Assembly: GCA_030141605.1 (NCBI GenBank)
Contig: JAQGDQ010000051.1
Coordinates: 310,001-374,000 of the forward strand
Source: Tubiluchus corallicola
Taxonomy: Eukaryota; Animalia; Priapulida
DNA length: 64,000 bases
Direction: 5' to 3'
The translations under genes and the position numbers were made by a program. The notes beneath the pieces are model-generated. The model did not search any database. It was not told where the DNA came from and worked only from the letters and a program-made list of their open reading frames with translations. Every line of letters starts with the position of its first letter. Positions within the stretch are counted from its first letter, which is position 1. Below are positions 61,401 through 64,000 of the stretch, in pieces.

Positions 61401-63947
61401 CGGAAGTGGAGAGACGGTGCTAATTGATGGGTGGGTACTGAATAACTTGCATTCTTGATTTTTTGCTAGATTTTGAACTGTTAAAGATAGTTAGTATCAA
61501 AGAGCTGGTTAGAACAATGAATGTCGTTTTAATAGATCTGGTCAGTTTAATGTAATGAAATAAGCTAGAAAATATTCATGACTTTTTAGGTATTTGTTGT
61601 ATAAGGGTGTGCCATTCCGTGATATAATCTCAGATGCAAAACTATCATATGGAAAAGTTATTAATGGTGTCACAGTACTCGAATTCTGGCGTTCGAGAGT
61701 AACAAGGGATGAACAACGTGATCTGATGTTTGGTGATACTGATGATGAGTGCTTTTATTTTTTCTTTCCTTACGACACCAGTGCATTTATCACAGAAACA
61801 CGTACTATAACAAAACATCGATCTACACCAGCCATTTCTGACAGAAAAATTTGCATTAGGAAATGCGTAGGTGAGTATAATTAATACTTCATTGTTATTG
61901 TATGAATGACACTACATTATTTGTGGAAGTAAGTGTATTTTGCTTTGTTGCAAAAATGTGATACTTTTTGCCTGTTTTTTGGAATTCAGCCATCGATTTT
62001 CCTTGTGTTTGCTACATTTTTTTGTTGAAAGTTATCAGAAAATTTTTTTGTGCTCAAATATTTTGAGCAGCAGATAAAAGATGAGAAAACCACTTTTTCA
62101 TTAGTTACTTTAAGTGAATTACGCAAGTTAAAGTTTGAAAGAACTTCATGACTTTATTTCATTAACAGAAGTTGTAGTTAATGCCAGAAGGTACATTGCC
62201 AATTAAGAAATTCACTGTGTTGACATTATTGTCATCCAAAACATACAATACATACAAATCCTGCTCATTTGCCATCACCTCTATTACTGGCTCAGCAGCT
62301 AAATTATATAAACAAGATTAACGATGTGATCAAAACAGTTGCCTCCTGGCTATAAACTTGCTCTCAGGTTCTGCTACTGAAACTGAAATTACAAACAAAA
62401 ACCAAAATTTATAAAACATAGGAAATCGATACTGAAACCAAAATCGCTCATTTTTTATAGGCAGGTAGGTATACCTTAAAGTAGAAACAAATCTTGTCGG
62501 GAAACTAGAACAATATGTATGGTTAAAGGTCATGATGTTTCAAAACACTTTACAAAATTTCATTGGTTTTTAACATATAGCAAAAAAGAAAAGGTAAACT
62601 GGACAAATGTACTACTAAAACCTCCAAAAAATGTACAGAAAAATTACCGAAAGTTTTGTCTATGACATAAATTGTTGACGAAATTGAATTATTGGCAAGC
62701 CGAAATTTCGGATCGGTAACAACTCTGATTTACTGTAATTGAGTTTAGCATTTAATCACCAAACTAAAGCTCACTAAAATGTCCTGAATAGTAAGTAGTG
62801 ATTAAAATATACAGTGCGTTTTATTAACCATGGTAATCACTAATTGACACGTGTTGGCACAGCCACCTGCTCCAGTGATTCATGGTTTTGTAAACTGAAT
62901 AACTATCATCAAATGAATGGGACATGCTGCTGCAAGAGCCAGCATGGCTCAATTTATCCCTATAATAATTATGTGCAAGGAAATTAATGCACTGGGCTTC
63001 TTTGCATCATTTGCCAACATTTTCAACACATATTTTTCTGTTTACAGTACTTTTCTAATAGAATCTTTTTTCTTTCACATTAAGATTTTAGCAATGGGAT
63101 TACATATGACGGTTTTGGACGTCCTACTGGTAGCATGAATTTGGACGTTGTCACAGCTCAGACTTCAGCTACACCTTTCTTTGTTTCACCTTCAGTATCT
63201 ACTGAAAGACCTATTGATGTAGTCAACTTTCCAAGTACGATTCATTATTAGTGAAATACGACCACAATTATTGAATTCTTAAACCAAATTCTGGCAGAAA
63301 AAAATAAATGTGAAAAAGTCGTCACTGAGCTAAGATTTAAAGCAGTGATATTTAGATTAGATGTCTATTGTCGTAGACCTTTAGATCATCACTTTAGATG
63401 TTCACCAGGAGTCGCATCCAACTTGTTTGCAATAGTTTTTAGAGTCCTTATGATTACAGTGTTGCCTCACTTATCGCGTGTGTTCCCAATTCAAACTCAT
63501 TAGTTCAGATCTAGGCTCAGTCTTGGCTGCTCCAGGTTTCCTTTGTTTCCAATGAATTTAATTTCAAAATTTAATAATTTTTCGGAGCAGCCCATCACAA
63601 ACTGATTATTGTGAAGTTAAAATTGTAGGTAGTTGAACCATTTGTTGCATTTTACTTTTATACCTGTGTTTTTCTTTTAACCCCTTTTTGATGAAGATGA
63701 AGTAGTTAGTCTGTTTATCAGCTGAAGTTCATTGAAAAATTTATTGAGAATTTAAGAACAATGACTATTAAAATGTTACTATCATATTTCAGCCAACAAC
63801 TCGACTACATTAACTACTCAGCCACCTACATTGTCAACTGTGGATTATAGAAAACCAAGAATAACAGAACTTACTAGCAATAGCCGGGTACCTGCTGGAT
63901 CTACTGTTACACTCACTTGTGCTGCAGCAGATACTGAAAATCTTAAT
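6427..63947 (+). CDS. Giant multi-exon extracellular mosaic protein (partial at both ends): FTP-CTL-CCP-CCP-DOMON-(Ig)x16-DOMON-Ig...
   Basis: 54 exons with AG/GT boundaries and compatible phases, summing to about 10,460 nt with no internal stop. The first traced exon starts in phase 1 (no start codon or signal peptide found) and the last ends at a phase-0 donor, so the gene extends both ways. Exon coordinates are given in the domain entries below. Confidence 0.85.
8570..8810 (-). mobile_element. 3' fragment of a Rex1/Babar-like LINE
   Basis: Minus strand reads DPSHPL...KPSSDRYKSLICKTNRFLNSFIPSAV, the typical C-terminal motif. Confidence 0.6.
9668..10730 (+). CDS. C-type lectin domain, 2 exons
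   Basis: Exons 9668-9955 and 10587-10730. Motifs FDGKCY, TWNDGRNDC..KGGQLA, YFIGL, WIDG, WNNGQPE, DRC, WNVESC, FIC. Confidence 0.9.
11057..11233 (+). CDS. CCP/sushi domain 1 exon
   Basis: Phase 1-1 exon (tag|AT...ATA A|gtaagt) encoding C..P...VSFECEEGYELIGSRGATCLPNGLWDAESPVC. Not shown in the ORF track. Confidence 0.9.
   Translation: MLRHAFVLEDINMFGWLAMIFLLIAKYHLNVKKAMSLLVHVVPLVCLMDYGMQSHPYV
12100..15100 (-). mobile_element. Decayed CR1/L2-group LINE ORF2 (APE + RT), intronic
   Basis: GLKIAHLNI (APE start), KLWETLK, AFNNYFINV, WRTARVTPIYK, SGVPQRSILGPLLF, EKLLGVILDQHLTW..HI, LYNAFIL, PRTDSGK; many stops and frameshifts. Confidence 0.88.
15805..15858 (+). CDS. Short linker exon
   Basis: aaag|GT TCT GCT...GTA G|gtaagt; 54 nt, phase 1-1, SAVQDSPEKLNGFTQIV. 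Confidence 0.65.
16572..16769 (+). CDS. CCP/sushi domain 2 exon
   Basis: CPQL..ISNG...GDRVQYVCNDNFKLKGNSVRFCLFTGQWSGSQPIC; donor G|gtaaga. A second in-frame acceptor at 16583 is possible. Confidence 0.88.
17150..17800 (+). mobile_element. 3' fragment of an L2/Crack-like LINE
   Basis: TKFLGII.HENL near 17170, LTIDDL.KYNVAVFM, and SFIGPNVWNS near 17690. Confidence 0.55.
17299..17345. repeat. (TA)n microsatellite
   Basis: Perfect TA run of about 23 units. Confidence 0.97.
18386..18493 (+). CDS. Linker exon
   Basis: tttacag|AG CAT...GAA G|gtcagg; 108 nt, phase 1-1. Confidence 0.7.
19346..20449 (+). CDS. DOMON domain 1 plus linker, 2 exons
   Basis: Exons 19346-19539 and 19933-20449. Motifs YKITW, WMGVGFSRDRNM|AQSDVIYGW, GVTTLRFFR, TGDDSD, IKKHRKTP. 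The 3' donor (ACAG|gtatag) is the least certain boundary. Confidence 0.85.
20549..20770 (-). mobile_element. tRNA-derived SINE
   Basis: Minus strand: A box TGGCCGAGTGG, B box GAGTTCGAGAC, about 130 nt body, then AATAAA and a short TCTTG-type tail. Confidence 0.7.
21163..21351 (+). CDS. Linker exon with VKVKMGTEVRVIP motif
   Basis: ttttagcag NAGNAG acceptor (start 21163 or 21166), donor AAAG|gtaata; phase 1-1, open. Confidence 0.7.
21983..24110 (+). CDS. Ig domain 1 (V-like, both Cys), 3 exons
   Basis: Exons 21983-22092 (GDMVVLTC), 23088-23270 (VSWMR...LTINKV..SDSGIYRCH), 24017-24110 (VPTKPALTADVRVHV). Confidence 0.88.
23560..23760 (+). repeat. 24-bp minisatellite, about 8 units (GTGGATTTAACAATGGTRYRGGCA)
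   Basis: Visible tandem units inside the second intron of Ig1. Confidence 0.93.
24422..25421 (+). CDS. Two linker exons
   Basis: Exons 24422-24544 (VSNPDRITEQFPEE..., donor gtaagt) and 25332-25421 (EVRMGTGIKVFVP; weak acceptor, alternative donor after 25436); both phase 1-1. Confidence 0.65.
26021..27498 (+). CDS. Ig domain 2, 2 exons
   Basis: 26021-26145 (GSTVELRC) and 27273-27498 (IVW...DSGIYTCQIATKP). Confidence 0.9.
29050..30929 (+). CDS. Ig domain 3, 3 exons
   Basis: 29050-29252 (GATVELTC), 29793-29930 (LIW...LTIK), 30842-30929 (NVDEDDGGIYTCEVATRPP). None is shown in the ORF track. Confidence 0.88.
31356..31886 (+). CDS. Ig domain 4, 2 exons
   Basis: 31356-31513 (GGSFDLTC) and 31658-31886 (IVW...DSGNYTCQVPTRPP). 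Confidence 0.9.
32194..32980 (+). CDS. Ig domain 5 (Cys-less), 2 exons
   Basis: 32194-32411 (GATVELQAVA) and 32752-32980 (VVW...DEGIYRFEIATTPP). Confidence 0.88.
33086..33728 (+). CDS. Ig domain 6 (Cys-less), 2 exons
   Basis: 33086-33306 (221 nt) and 33500-33728 (229 nt). Confidence 0.88.
33835..35092 (+). CDS. Ig domain 7 (Cys-less), 2 exons
   Basis: 33835-34055 and 34864-35092. Confidence 0.88.
33850..37010 (+). repeat. Recent tandem duplication, period about 1.47-1.49 kb (exons and introns)
   Basis: Intron 34056-34863 matches 35542-36332 almost base for base apart from small indels; 34864-35541 matches 36333-37010. Confidence 0.93.
35321..36561 (+). CDS. Ig domain 8 (Cys-less), 2 exons
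   Basis: 35321-35541 and 36333-36561; near-identical to Ig7 including the intron. Confidence 0.85.
36790..39936 (+). CDS. Ig domain 9 (Cys-less), 2 exons
   Basis: 36790-37010 and 39708-39936. Confidence 0.88.
37070..39270 (-). mobile_element. Heavily decayed BEL/Pao-like LTR retrotransposon remnant with an internal MITE-like insert (about 38490-38903)
   Basis: IRVIFDIQSKRLFI...MSIFG resembles the Pao protease motif (LFDSGSQRSFI..FG); an LW.WHG-like stretch near 37990; RSVRSK..NQSVNQL resembles the integrase C-terminus. Recalled motifs only. Confidence 0.45.
40043..43467 (+). CDS. Ig domain 10 (Cys-less), 2 exons
   Basis: 40043-40263 and 43239-43467. Confidence 0.88.
40385..40458. repeat. 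(CAT)n microsatellite
   Basis: About 24 mostly perfect ATC units. Confidence 0.97.
41264..41912. mobile_element. Non-autonomous DNA transposon with about 60-bp TIRs and TTAA flanks (Kolobok-like)
   Basis: Left TTAA|AGCACCTCTTGTCACAGAAGCAGAATCTTACCACAATTTTTGAC is an imperfect inverted repeat of right GTCAAAAACTGCGGTAACATTCTACTTCTGTGACAGGACATACT|TTAA; termini AG...CT. Confidence 0.65.
42451..42517 (-). mobile_element. Degenerate tRNA(Ala)-like SINE head or tRNA pseudogene
   Basis: Minus strand TAGCTTAGTGAGTAAAAGCGC...TTTGCATG...GGGTTTGAATCCCAG: A box, TGC anticodon-like loop, decayed B box. Confidence 0.5.
43577..45612 (+). CDS. Ig domain 11 (Cys-less), 2 exons
   Basis: 43577-43797 and 45384-45612. 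Confidence 0.88.
46055..47575 (+). CDS. Ig domain 12 (Cys-less), 2 exons
   Basis: 46055-46260 (GATVTLKAIA) and 47347-47575 (DEGIYRFEIA). Confidence 0.88.
46404..46493 (+). repeat. Perfect 45-bp tandem duplication
   Basis: AGACAATATTTTCACTTTTCTGCATGAAAGCTTCAAACGTCTCCC twice. Confidence 0.95.
48731..48989 (-). mobile_element. Penelope-like element 3' fragment with 13-bp flanking direct repeats
   Basis: ATAACATAACTTT at 48731-48743 and 48977-48989 flanks a 233-bp insert ending (minus strand) in a minimal hammerhead-like motif and AATAAA. Confidence 0.6.
49236..50532 (+). CDS. Ig domain 13, 2 exons
   Basis: 49236-49477 (GNSVILSC) and 50307-50532 (VVW...DEAVYICE). Confidence 0.9.
50844..51271. 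mobile_element. MITE with 15-bp TIRs (hAT-like CAGGG termini)
   Basis: CAGGGCTATCTTAAC ... GTTAAGACAGCCCTG (1 mismatch), with subterminal GGCCCC motifs; no clear target-site duplication. Confidence 0.7.
51683..52497 (+). CDS. Ig domain 14, 2 exons
   Basis: 51683 (or 51686, tagtag acceptor)-51885 (GVTIKLVC) and 52272-52497 (DAGVYICE). Confidence 0.9.
52700..52855. repeat. Compound (GAGT)n/(GA)n/(GAAA)n purine-rich microsatellite
   Basis: Visible low-complexity tract. Confidence 0.93.
53630..56036 (+). CDS. Ig domain 15, 2 exons
   Basis: 53630-53862 (Pro/Thr/Arg linker, GSNVALSC) and 55811-56036 (DSGTYTCE). Confidence 0.9.
58175..59204 (+). CDS. Ig domain 16, 2 exons
   Basis: 58175-58362 (GATIELSC) and 58979-59204 (ILW...DEGGYTCELPTIPP). 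Confidence 0.9.
59637..59807 (+). CDS. Linker exon
   Basis: ttatag|GT GGT...GAA G|gtcaga; 171 nt, phase 1-1, open. Confidence 0.75.
60892..61870 (+). CDS. DOMON domain 2, 3 exons
   Basis: 60892-61103 (YRITW, WTGVGFSRDRNM), 61369-61430 (DNSDVVFGW, phase-2 donor), 61590-61870 (GVTVLEFWR, ITKHRSTP, KICIRKC). Confidence 0.88.
63085..63947 (+). CDS. Linker exon plus N-half of Ig domain 17
   Basis: 63085-63234 (Ser/Thr/Pro linker, phase 1-1) and 63793-63947 (KPRITELTSNSRVPAGSTVTLTC..ENLN|gtatgt). Confidence 0.82.
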
Positions 63948-64000
63948 GTATGTCGATACAGTAATTAAATATCATCATTACCATGATTTTATTTAGTTAA

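Overview
AT-rich animal (invertebrate-like) genomic DNA. From 6427 to the right edge it is one large, intron-rich + strand gene. I traced 54 GT-AG exons by hand; they join in frame for about 10.46 kb (about 3,490 aa), and the gene is open at both ends. Domain order: F-type lectin (FTP), C-type lectin, 2x CCP/sushi, DOMON, 16x V-like Ig with Pro/Thr/Ser linkers, DOMON, Ig17 and beyond. The central eight Ig domains (Ig5-Ig12) are a recent tandem expansion in which both core cysteines are replaced (Ala and Phe); their N-half exons are homogenised while their C-half exons have diverged. Positions 1-5400 and the introns carry decayed mobile elements (RTE, CRE, CR1/L2, Rex1-like, BEL/Pao-like, tRNA-SINEs, MITEs, a Penelope-like fragment with a minimal hammerhead-like motif). 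The most striking non-genic signal is the RTE copy at 18-1036, which has a sharply bounded tract of sense-strand A>G changes with ADAR-like context, as expected if an A-to-I hyper-edited RNA had been retrotransposed. All calls come from reading the sequence and recalled family motifs; no searches were run.
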